Shown here: positions 13,547-25,675 of the stretch, piece by piece | Layout: each line of letters opens with the position of its first letter | How positions within the stretch are numbered: position 1 is the first letter of the stretch | DNA from: Octopus sinensis | Lineage: Eukaryota | Assembly: GCF_006345805.1 (NCBI RefSeq) | Contig: NC_043002.1 | Coordinates: 70,122,001-70,186,000, forward strand | Direction of reading: 5' to 3' | Length of the DNA: 64,000 bases | The notes under the pieces: generated by a model | Told to the model about the DNA's origin: nothing | What the model saw: only the letters and a program-made list of their open reading frames with translations | Database searches by the model: none | Translations under genes and position numbers: made by a program

Positions 13547-13850
13547 GATGAAGAGGAGGAAATGGAGAAGAAAGAGAAGAAGAGGAGGGAAGAGAAGAAA
13601 GTGAAGGAAGTGGAGGAGGAGAAGGAGAGGTAGAAGAAGGAGGAGGAGAAAGAGGAGAAAGAGAAGAAGGAGGAAGAGAAAAAAGGTGAAGGAAGTGGAG
13701 GAGGAGAAGGAGGAAAAGAAGAAGAAGAAGAAGAAGAACAACAACAACAACAACAGAAACAGCTACAACAACAACAGCTACAACAACCACAATAACGACA
13801 AGGCAACAACAGCACAGGCAACAAAAGCCAAACCAACCGCAACAAGTCCA
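13470..13850. repeat. Compound (AAT)n/(GAA)n/(GAG)n/(AAC)n low-complexity tract
   Basis: Direct reading. Confidence 0.9.
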
Positions 13851-14326
13851 ATAATAGCAGAATCGTTAAGATATTAAACACAAATGGCGGTGCCCCAGCA
13901 TGGCCACAGATCGTGAGCTGAAACTAGATAAAATGAAAATGTAAAAAGCCATGCGGTATTTAGTTAGCATCCGTTAGTTTCTGACTTCAAATATCGCTGA
14001 GGGCAACTTTAGCGCTTTACTTTTCACGCTTTCGGGGTTGGTAAAATAAGTAGTAACGGGTTGATTTGCTCGGCTAAACCCTTCCGAAACATTAGAGGCA
14101 AAGTACGACGTGGTATCAAAGCGTTCCTGGATTATCTCTGTAGCACGCCAACACATGACAGCACACGGTTGCCTGCGCAGTGGGAACTAGCAGTGATCCT
14201 CATGAGGCAATGTGCTGAGTAATATCGCTGTGTTTAGTTCGCAAATTGTGAAATTTATGTTTTTGTGATCACGTGTATGCTGTAACTGTGATTTTATCAT
14301 TAATAGAAGCAAAGTACACCGTAAAG

Positions 14327-14960
14327 GGGGCGATCTGGCAGAAACGTAAGCACGCCGGGCGAAATATTTAGCGGTATTTCGTCTGCCGTTACGTTCTGAG
14401 TTCAAATTCCGCCGAGGTCGACTTTGCCTTTCATCCTTTCGGGGTCGATAAATTAAGTACCAGTTACGCATTGGGGTCGATATAATCGACTTAATCCGTT
14501 TGTCTATCCTTGTTTGTCCTCCCTGTATTTAGCCCCTTGTGGGTAGTAACAAAAATAGGTATTTCGTCTGCCGTTACGTTCTAAGTTCAAATTCCGCCGA
14601 GGTCGACTTTGCCTTTCATCCTTTCGGGATCGATAAATTAAGTACCACTTACGCACTGGGGTCGATATAATCGACTTAATCCCTTTGTCTGTCCTTCTTT
14701 GTCCCCTCTGTCTTTCTTATTTCTTATTTCTTTATTGCCCACAAGGGGCTAAACATAGAGGAGACAAACAAGGGCAGACAAACAGATTAAGCCGATTACA
14801 TCGACTCCAGTGAAAAGCAAAGTCGACCTCGGCGGAATTTGAACTCAGAACGTAGCGGCAGACGAAATACCGCTAAGCATTTCGCCCGGCGTGCTAACGT
14901 TTCTGCCAGCTCGCTTTTGTCCCCTCTATGTTTAGCCCCTTGTGGGCAATAACAAATAAG
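14327..14960 (+). mobile_element. SINE family B dimer interrupted by an antisense family B copy
   Basis: Two units starting gtatttcgtctgccg; the tail resumes at 14916 after the insert. Confidence 0.88.
14712..14914 (-). mobile_element. SINE family B inserted in antisense, 12-bp TSD tttgtcccctct
   Basis: TSD at 14698-14709 and 14916-14927. Confidence 0.88.
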
Positions 14961-15641
14961 AAGCAAAGAGCACTGTAAAATTTTGCGTTAAACTTGGGAA
15001 GTCTGCTACAGAGACATTGAGTATGCTTCGGCAAGATTACAGCGACAAGGTAATGGGTCGAACGCAATGTTTTGAGCAGTAGGGGCGCTTCAAAATCAGA
15101 ACGCCCCTGGAAGTCGATGAGCAATCTGAAAGATCTACCACGAGTGTTATCCCCGGAAATGTGGTATTGTACATCTAGAATTCGTCCCCAAGACCGTCAA
15201 TCGAGAGTTCTACTGCGACAGTTTGAAGCATTTGAGGGAGGGCAGTCGGCGAAAGCGACTTGATATGTGGAGCGCGAATAATTGGATTCTTCACGGCGAC
15301 AATGTACCCTGTAACCGACCCTCCTCACTCGTAAGTTTTTCGCCAAAAAACTTCCTCACTCGCCCTGTTCACCAGATTTAGCACTAACAGACTTCCATCT
15401 CTTCCTCAAGCGGAAAAGGCAGCTCAAATGCCATTTTAACACTGTTGTCAGGATCCAGAGCAAATCGCAAATCGCTTACAGAAAACGACCTCCAGGGCGG
15501 ATTCTAAAAATGGCAGGAAGGCCGGGACCGCTGTATTACTGTGCAAGAGGATTATTTCGAAGGGGATGATGTTTAAACTTAGGTAAATAAGTTATTTTTT
15601 ATTAAACATAACTAGTCCGGCAAACTTTTGATACAACATCG
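14961..15641 (+). mobile_element. Internally deleted, decayed mariner transposon
   Basis: KFCVKLGKSATETLSMLRQ (HTH), GIVHLEFVP, WILHGDN, DLA..DFHLF, YFEGD, then a TIR-like end aaacttttgatacaac. Confidence 0.85.
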
Positions 15642-16916
15642 CCAAGGCGTTTATTAGAGATCGTTATCAATCAACCCATTGACAACGACGGCTGGAATGT
15701 TCACAGCAAACACGTAAAGAAAGGATCTTCGTTCAGCGCCATCATTTACCGTCTCGTATTAATTTCGACAAAGAACAGGCGTCTTTATTGACTTTAAAGT
15801 AACCTAACTGTGTCTATGACGATATCATGCTGGAACATATCAGTGCATTCTCGATTAGTAAAGATAATTATCGTCAAGTATTGATAACATTCAGATCAGT
15901 GACAGCTTTAGCAATTTAGAAAATACTTTCTTTAATGGATATTCGAGAAAGATGCTTCTACTACACGGTAAGTATAGCAAAAAAAAAAAAGAAGAAACAA
16001 AAACAAAAACAAAAAAATCTAATAAAATATATAACAGATAAATAAATAAAAAGGACAACACTACTTCTTCTCGGAATAACAGTTAATCGCAATAATGTGA
16101 TTCAGAAGAAAGGGAAAAAATAAGAAGGAGAGACGCAAGACTAAAATGGCTTTTAATCATCATCAACTTTTTCTTCCTTTCTCTTCCTATATCTGTCTCA
16201 TGTCTCTTGGAGTTTTGTTCTCGAAATCCGTTTCTCTTCGTTGTTCTTTTTCTCCACACTTCTCTATTTCTCAATACACACACACATATACACACACATG
16301 CACACACACACGCAAACACACATGTACGTATGCATTTATATATATATATATGTACACATAAATGTATATGTGTGTATATATGTATATACGTATATATATA
16401 TACATACACATGTGTATATATGTATGCATGTGTCTATCTAACTAGCTATCTACCTATATAAAATAAAATGTATGTGCATAAGTAATATAAAATTGATATG
16501 TATATGTAATACATAGAGTAAATTTACTAAAAATAAACATGAATATGTGTGTAACACACAAATACATACACACATATATATGCACACAAAATACGTGCGC
16601 ATGTGTGTGTGTGTGTGTCTATATATATATATATGTATATATATGCATACATACATACATCAAAATCACACATCCACAAAATCTTACATGCAAACATAGC
16701 CATTTATAAATGCATACAGATATGAATAGGCATACGTACGCACCCACGCCACACATATAGTTTTAAAAAAATGCGTATTGAAAGATGATCGTGCATAATA
16801 AAATATTTGTGGGAAGAGCACGCAATTGACAGGAAATTATATGGAACTCTGCCCCCTCTCTCTATGCATTTTGTGCATGTATGAATGTATTTATTTATAT
16901 ATACATACATACATAC

Positions 16917-16991
<75 letters not shown>

Positions 16992-16998
16992 CATTACA

Positions 16999-17153
16999 GG
17001 CGCAGGAGTGGCTGTGGGGTAAGTAGCTTGCTTACCAATGGCATAATTCCAGTTCCATTGCGTGGCACACTAGGCAAGGGTCTTCTACTATAGCGGCACC
17101 GACCAATGCCTTGTGAGTGGATTTGGAATACGGAAACAGAAAGAAGTTCGACG

Positions 17154-17187
<34 letters not shown>

Positions 17188-17424
17188 TGTATGTATGTAT
17201 GTATGTATGTATGTATGTATGTATGTATGTATGTATGTATGTGTGTGTTTGTGCTCCCAGCGTCGCTCGCGTGACAACCGATGTTGGTGTGTTTACGAAA
17301 CCGTAACTTTGTGGTTCTGCAAGGAGTCCGATAGAATAAGTACGAGGCTTACAAAAAATAAGTCCTAGGGTTGATTTGTTCGACTGAAGGTGGTGCTCCA
17401 GCATGGTCGTAGTCAAATGAGTGA

Positions 17425-17428
<4 letters not shown>
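16999..17428 (+). mobile_element. tRNA-derived SINE, family A (CORE-like centre, internal microsatellite)
   Basis: Head ggcgcaggagtggctg, centre ccttgggcaagtgtcttctactatagc-like, tail ggtgctccagcatgg..gtcaaatgactgaaac. Confidence 0.9.
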
Positions 17429-17489
<61 letters not shown>

Positions 17490-17708
17490 GTATATATGGG
17501 GAGAGAGAGACACACACATACATCAATACACACACGCACACACACATACACACACTTAAATTTGTACTTCTTACACGCTAGTAAAATCACTGTCACAAAC
17601 ACACACACACGTTTGTGTAAGTGTGTGTGTGTGCACCTGATAGTGAATATATGTGTGTATACTTAAACTTTTATATCATATATAAGGAATATTGTGTATA
17701 TATGTATG

Positions 17709-17739
<31 letters not shown>

Positions 17740-18067
17740 ATATATATATATATATATATATGTATATACATACATAAACAATATTCATTATATATGATAT
17801 AAAAGTTAAGTATATATCAGCATATATATATATATATTATATATATATATATATATATAAATGTATGTATATTTTGCCACACATATTCAAATGTATTTAT
17901 ATGTATATATGTATGTAGCCAAGCGCACTAATGTGGGACAAAAATACAATTGAGGATATTAAAAACCTGGTCTATGCCGGATAGCCACCATTTTTTTTCC
18001 GATGAAGAATCACTGCGGTTTGGGGCTTTCCTGACTGGTACTGCCTCTCCATATGTAGCTATGCCCA

Positions 18068-18138
<71 letters not shown>

Positions 18139-18553
18139 CGTACATAGAAACATGGACATATACACACATACACGCACATATAAATACACTCACACACAAA
18201 CACACGGATATATGCCTATATGTATACTTACACGTATACTGGTGTGTCTGTGTACATACAAAAATACATTTGTTTATATGTTTATACATGCATATATACA
18301 TATATATGCACAGATGTATTTTTGTATGTATACAGACACACCAGTAGACGTGTAAGTATACATATATGCATATATGCGTGTCTGTCTGTGTTTATATTGA
18401 TATATATATATATATTGATTTATGTATAGATATATGCATGTATTTATATGTATATACACGCAAATATATATATATGCACACACAGATAAACAAAAACTTG
18501 TATATGTATATACATGCATACATATATATACACGTATATAGTATATATATATG

Positions 18554-18626
<73 letters not shown>

Positions 18627-18644
18627 ACATATTTATATATGTAT

Positions 18645-18693
<49 letters not shown>

Positions 18694-18865
18694 ATATGTA
18701 TATATACACACATAAACATATGTGTGTGTGTATATATATATATATGTTTACGCGAATTCAAACATACAACCATATTTACATACAAATACATATTTCATAC
18801 ACACAGAAACACACACATACACACACTCGCACATACACACTCACATGCACACAAATATATTCAGC

Positions 18866-18930
<65 letters not shown>

Positions 18931-19333
18931 TACAGATGCATACATACCTACATACTTACATATAACTAAATACACACACACATCTCTTTATATGTGATTG
19001 CGTGCATGTTAAAAATTGACTTTTGTGAAGTTTTATCAAGTACAATGAGAGAAAGAAATAAATAGCGGGAAGTAATCTTAAAAAAAAAATATTAAAAGAT
19101 GTGAAACGCTTGTACATATTTGTCTAGTTAATGAAATGTATTTCAACAGGAAGCTCTGGATTGGTTGATATCACGAATAGACGGGAACTTTGATGAAAAC
19201 CTCGCTATGATAAAGAAATCAATTACAACATATTCTCATGGAAGGCCGCTCGGATATATAGTGTTGTATTCTGTAAACCTCTATATCCAATTTGTCTGTC
19301 TGTTTGTATGTCTGTCTATGAACATACATACAT

Positions 19334-19385
<52 letters not shown>

Positions 19386-19654
19386 ACTTGCAGACACATG
19401 CAGACACACAGCCACAAATAAAGAAAACTCTTAGAAGGTGAACGAATGCATAATGAGAACATTGGTACTTATGAAAAAATAAACCAGCACTTAACAACAT
19501 CGTTTTTCCAATTGTGAATGATCACACACCCAAACATCTGTATTTCTGTGTCTGCGTATGTGTGTAAGTATATACATACAGAAATACACATACACACACA
19601 CGCACACACATACACATATAAATAGAAAATTCCTATTTGTAAATCTCTCAACGA

Positions 19655-19860
19655 GACATTCAGTAACAGCACTCTGTGGTAAAGATTATTTGCCAACAAA
19701 ACGTGGCAGTCCTGGTTAGGACGAATGCTACTGCTATTTAACACTAGGAAGCATCGTCTCCAGCTAGCTATACGACACACTAATCTGTGTCTTTATATTT
19801 TCGAAAAAGGGAGTTTAGCATCCCCACTCAGAACAAAACAGCATCTGTGTACAGTTGAAG
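19655..19860. mobile_element. Partial copy of the 36168-36472 MITE
   Basis: gtaaagattatttgccaaca...catcgtctccagctagctatacgacac matches the minus strand of 36168-36472. Confidence 0.7.
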
Positions 19861-19944
19861 GGCCTGGGAGAGTATCTGATATTAATCAATATCATCAGCA
19901 GCTAGAACTTAACTGGCAATTCTTAGTGGATGACCGAAGCGGGT

Positions 19945-20155
19945 AGTTTATTCTATGATTTAATGAGCGTGACAAAGTGTTTCCAAAAGTCATGGGTGCT
20001 GTGTTGTTTTTTTGATTTTGTGAGCATGTCCACGAGTGTTTGACATGTGGAATTCAAAAAAGGTGCCCAAGGTTACTATTGGAAAGATGGTGGATAATCT
20101 TGTGGGTGTCTTCGGCAACCAGTCAGCTGAGCTTCAATGTGTCCATGCCCAATAT
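19945..20155 (-). mobile_element. CR1-type LINE C-terminal fragment
   Basis: With frameshifts reads LGMDTLKL...HLFEFHMSNTRGHAHKIKK..HDFWKHF, the CR1 TRGH motif region. Confidence 0.7.
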
Positions 20156-20265
20156 ACGCTACATACTACATCATACATCCTACATACATACATACATACA
20201 TGCATGCATGCATACATACATACATACATACAACATCATACATACATACATACATACATATATAT

Positions 20266-20377
20266 GGGACCACTGCTTTTTATAGTGGCCCTCTCAGATA
20301 TGCCCTCAAATGTCCGGATAGCCACTCTGGCAAGTTATGCAGATGATACGAAAGTCTCGCAGAAAATACAGAACCTC
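20266..20377 (+). pseudogene. Short RT fragment (CR1/L2 type)
   Basis: GPLLFIVALSDMP...SYADDTKV. Confidence 0.85.
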
Positions 20378-20436
20378 AACGGTAGCGCGTCTGACTCCAG
20401 ATCAGAAGGTTGCGTGTTCGAATCACGTCGGGGTCA
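20372..20436 (+). tRNA. tRNA-Trp(CCA) pseudogene with damaged 5' end
   Basis: caacggtagcgcgtctgactccagatcagaaggttgcgtgttcgaatcacgtcggggtca matches the recalled metazoan tRNA-Trp from the D arm to the discriminator; the A-box segment gtggcgc is absent and there is no oligo-T terminator. Confidence 0.85.
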
Positions 20437-20548
20437 TATTATATATATATATATATGTATATCTATCTATCAATCTATATATATATATACATACACACAC
20501 CACACACACACACACAACACACACACACACACACATAATATATATATA

Positions 20549-20597
<49 letters not shown>

Positions 20598-21464
20598 ATA
20601 TGGTGTGTGTAATCCGTAATATTGGTTTCATTAAACAAAGATTCACAGTGAAACAATTGTCAAAAATTTTTAATCCCGTTTATTCGTTTTTTGTTACTAA
20701 ACTATTTCACACTACACCAAGGATTCTATCATTATCGGCGTATTGGTAAGCAATTGGAATTACAAATTACTCAAAAACACCAGCCTGACTATCGTTGCTG
20801 TAAAAGTGATAATGGATTACTTCGCTGATTGCTTTGGGTGATTCTATGTAACTAATCTTTTGATCTTTATGAATCCTATATAACCGAAAATGTATGAATG
20901 TATGTATGTGTGTACGTATGTATGTTTGTATGTAGGTCTGTCTGTATGTATATGTGTATGTATGCATGCATGTATGTATACGGATATGTGTGTGTGCGTG
21001 TCTGTGTATGTGTGTGTGTATACTGTAAATGTTGGATTGAGGAATAATTCGTGTGCGTTTTTTCTCAAATTTAAAAATGCACACAGAAATAAGCACATTG
21101 GCAAAATGTTTTACGTCATTTGAAAGAGAACTGTTTACTCCTGGGGCTGCCTGCTGGAGCCTATGCGGCAGGTATTTAAAGGGAGAAATTTGACAAGACA
21201 GTCAGTCACCGGCTGACACTCGCTGACGATACATCGAAGAGGCCAGGGAACAGAAGAAAGAAGAAGAAAGAAGACATGCACCCAACACCAGAGCTGAAGA
21301 CACCTCCGAAAGGGGGGGGCGCCACGTCAAAACGGTAGAGGAGTAGGGGCCGAAACCGGACGTGGTTCCTCCTGATGATGTCTTGAGTTAACTGGATCCT
21401 ATAAAGGAGCTGTTGTGGTAGCAGACCACGAAACACGGTTGTAATTCCCCAAGATGATGTTTTA

Positions 21465-21760
21465 AAATGAAATATCAAGTGGAAAAAACTGGGCATTTTC
21501 GACTTCATTTGTTTTTTGCATTTAATCGAAGTGTTAAGCCCGCCGAAGGTACTAATGTGTGATTTGTGCTGTATATGGAGAAGGGGCAATGCCTCAAAGT
21601 ATCTCCCGCAGCTGGTTTTCGTGCTTCGAAAATGGGAATTTTGATCTCAAGGAGGGATCACACACCGGTCGACCAACTGAGTCCGATGAAGAGCGATTGA
21701 ATAAACTTCTTCGCGATAATCCACGTCAAACAACCAAAGAAATGGCGGAGTAGATGGATG
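21465..21760 (+). mobile_element. Mariner transposase N-terminal remnant
   Basis: HFRLHLFFAFNR..ICAVYGEGAM..RSWFSCFENGNFDLKE..HTGRPTESDEERLNKLLRDNPRQTTKEMAE. Confidence 0.85.
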
Positions 21761-21799
21761 GAATGTGATAAAAAAAAATGTGGTGAACCTCCTTCACTC

Positions 21800-21900
21800 A
21801 ATGCGCAAGGTTCATCGAACTCAATTGGTCGACTGGTGTGGGATCCATTCTTGAGATCAAAATTCAAAAAGCAAATGGTGCCGAAAATGCTCAGTCATAA
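21800..21900 (-). mobile_element. Inverted partial copy of the adjacent mariner remnant
   Basis: Minus strand NFDLKNGSHTSRPIEFDE matches the 21636-21690 region. Confidence 0.75.
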
Positions 21901-22109
21901 ATGTCCCACGCATACTAATACCCATTCTTATTTTCTGTCAAGGGCTTATTTCCTTTTATATTGCACTAATTTCCATCGCCAATATACAGTGAGCGTGTGT
22001 CTATCTTGCGTAAGTTAAGAAACAGTGACTAGGGAAAATTCTGTAACTATAATTATAAGCTTAAGCTGATAAGCGTTCACCGCCATGCTTAACTGCTAAA
22101 TCCCAAAGT

Positions 22110-22270
22110 TTTTTTTTTATTGTCTCTCTCTGTTTATTTTCTCTTATTCTTTCCTGTTGAAGAGCGTAGGTTCGAAATGTAGAAGACATTTTTCACTTTC
22201 CCGAGCGTCAAACTGAAACACCTGCTTGTTGATCATACACATGTCTTCGTCTTTTGTTTTTAGCTGCAAT
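22110..22270 (+). repeat. Repeat family E (hammerhead-like motif, possibly Penelope-like LTR derived)
   Basis: ctgttgaagagcgtaggttcgaaatgtagaagac...gagcgtca; homologous to 34835-34990 and 51225-51362. Confidence 0.75.
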
Positions 22271-22395
22271 ATTTTAAGTAAAAATGTTCTTGTTCTGTAC
22301 TTTACCAGGTGTAATAAGTTGTCCAGTAATTTTCCAGGTTTATAATCTTAATAATATTATTTCTCTCGCTCGGATTTTCCCTGTAATGATATATA

Positions 22396-22470
<75 letters not shown>

Positions 22471-22494
22471 TTATATGTATACATAAACATGTAT

Positions 22495-22715
22495 GTGTGT
22501 CTTTGTGTCTGTGTTCGTCTCTCCGCTTCATCATTTGACAACCGGTGTTGGTGTGTTTACGTCTCCATAATTTAGCAGCTCCGCAAAAGCGTCCAACAAA
22601 GTAGGGTTGTAAAATAAGTCCTTGAGTCAATTTGTTCGGCTAAAACCTTTCAAGGCGGTGCTCCAGCATGGCCACAGTTAAAAAGCTGAAACAAGTAAAA
22701 GAATAAAAGAATAAC
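22495..22715 (+). mobile_element. SINE family A, 3' half
   Basis: tgacaaccggtgttggtgtgtttacgtc...ggcggtgctccagcatggcc. Confidence 0.85.
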
Positions 22716-22801
22716 AGAATATATATGTGTATTAAATTTATATACACACATTAATATATATATCTATCTCTCAAAAGTATACGTTTACATATGTATAATA
22801 A

Positions 22802-22839
<38 letters not shown>

Positions 22840-23282
22840 TGTAAATGTGTGTGTATTTGTGTCTGTGAACGCAATATAAATATAATAAACTTAATGTACA
22901 TAAATATAAATTCATGATTGTATTATATTGTGATGAAAAATATTCGCCATCCAGATAAATATGTACACGACGATAATTCACCATTAGACACATTTAAAAT
23001 TCATTTTCAGATGGAAACATTTACACACAAACACACACATACACACACTCAGACACGCACACAATCACACGCACACATACTTACACACATACACACACAT
23101 AGATATGTTGTATATATGTGTATACAACGCACATAGGTATTCATGTTTATAGGCATTTATGCTCATAGTATGCATACATTCTTTTATACATATATATATA
23201 TGTTGCATAGCTATAAAAAGTATGTACAAATGTATGAATATACATATACACTATATGTATATGTATATATACATATACGTTT

Positions 23283-23383
<101 letters not shown>

Positions 23384-23624
23384 GCATATAGTATATGAAT
23401 ATATGTATTTACATCTATACACGCATACTTGTGCGTTTGTGCGTATGGAACGAAACGCTTGTGCATGGACATACATATAAATAGTCCAACGTCTAAATGT
23501 GCGCGTGTTCTTCTTTACATTAAATTTAAAATATGCAACGAATGGGATATTTGTTATATCAGCATAGTATTGCGGTAGTTTCTTCTTTCTCTCACTCACT
23601 CACTCTCCCCCGTCTGTCTGTCGG

Positions 23625-23990
<366 letters not shown>

Positions 23991-25675
23991 ATCCGTCTGT
24001 TTGTGTCTCTGTGTTTCTAACTGTCTAACTATGGATATATATATATTTATGAATGTGTAGGTGTGTGTATGTGTGTGTATAAGTATACTTATGCATGTGT
24101 ATGTATGTCTATTTGTATACACATATAGATACATATGCGCACGTACACATGCACACACATACACACACACACACACACACCACACGAACATTTAATATAT
24201 AAATATGCATACAACTACATAAATGTAGTGTATCATTTTCATATAATGTAACTTTTCATACTCATGTACATTAGCATAACCACGCATACACACACTTATC
24301 CACATAAATGTATCGAAATATACATGAGTGGATATATGCTTGCTTGCATTTATTTATATGCACTCGCATATTTTGTATATGAACATGTAAAGTCATAGAA
24401 ACTTTTATACGCAATATACTTCCTGTTTCGAGTCTTTTGTCTTTAGTTTAAATATATATATATTCAGCTGAAATTACTGTCGTAGCATACGCCATGTTGA
24501 AATACACACATATTGAAATGCACTAAAATAATTTTTTTTGCTCTTTTTCAAAATGTTTCTTATCATTGCGTATATTTATTCTTTTTCAGGACATTCCAAT
24601 TTTATTGAATTTTTAAAGCAATTTATTTTTTCCAGATAACCAGATAATATACATACATATATATATATATATAATATATATATATTATATATAATATATA
24701 ATATATATATATATATATATGCATATATGTATTTGTTTCTTTTTTTATATTAATGTTATGAAATCAATATTTCAATTCGTTTTTATTTTTTTACCGATTA
24801 TATAACAAAAACATCATCAAAATCAACATCAATATCAACGTCACGAAAAATAACGACGACGAACAACAACAACAACAACAACACTAGAAACAGCAACAAC
24901 AACAATGATAATAATAACAATGACATTATACTCTCGAAATTATATCATTCTCGAATTTATGTAAAACTTTACTTCGCAGACGACAAAAATAAATGAATGA
25001 TTCAATAAATAAAATTACAGCCTCATGTGTCGACATTGGCTCGTTAAATACTAAAGTTTGAAGTTTCGGTGCTCGGATATCCTTTCATATAATATTCTAA
25101 ATTCTCTCGAGGTAAGTCTGCTAGAAACGCTAGAAATCTCCTTTCCTCTCAGCACACTAATAATTCCCCATCTTTTGAAAATTATTGAACCGAATATTTT
25201 TTGCAGCACACTCATGGTTAGTCTACTCGAATTCCCGTGTTTAACTTCATTGTTTTCTCTATTTCCTCTTTTCGTTCTTCCATTTTCGGAGTTTTATATT
25301 GCAATTTGTAATCAATAGTAATGTTGACTAAAGGCTTACAAAGATGTAGTTACTGGTTCGCTGCATTTCTCCTGATGTGAGATACACAGAAGCATTTGTA
25401 ACTCAGTAAGCTTTTACCAAGTAGCACTGGAATACACATACATTCCTTGCTGATATTTTTGCTTGATGATTAGATGGGTGCGGACTGAAGGAGTAAAAAC
25501 TCCTGAAATACAGCATAGACATCTATAACAGGAAGAGTGTTCATAGGTCACCATTTATAATGATATGGTGTGGAAAGACGAATAAAATTTGAAAAAGTTT
25601 TAAAAAGCTATGATTTATTCCTCTTTCTAATATTATAGGCGCAGGAGTGGCTGTGTGGTAAGTAGCTTGCTTACC

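Noticed and set aside
20036-20749. 237-aa ORF containing YADD as a real gene
   Set aside because: It is a chance read-through of an antisense CR1 fragment, microsatellites, an RT scrap and a tRNA pseudogene.
21140-21445. GC-richer island with ctgaaga, ctgatga, gaaaccggac and gaaacacggtt as hammerheads
   Set aside because: Stems I and II cannot be closed next to the core motifs; possibly a decayed LTR but not supportable.
25478-25515. ctgaag-ggag taaaaa ctcc-tgaaatac as a hammerhead
   Set aside because: Core lacks A9, and no cleavage triplet or stem I could be placed; at best a degenerate relic.
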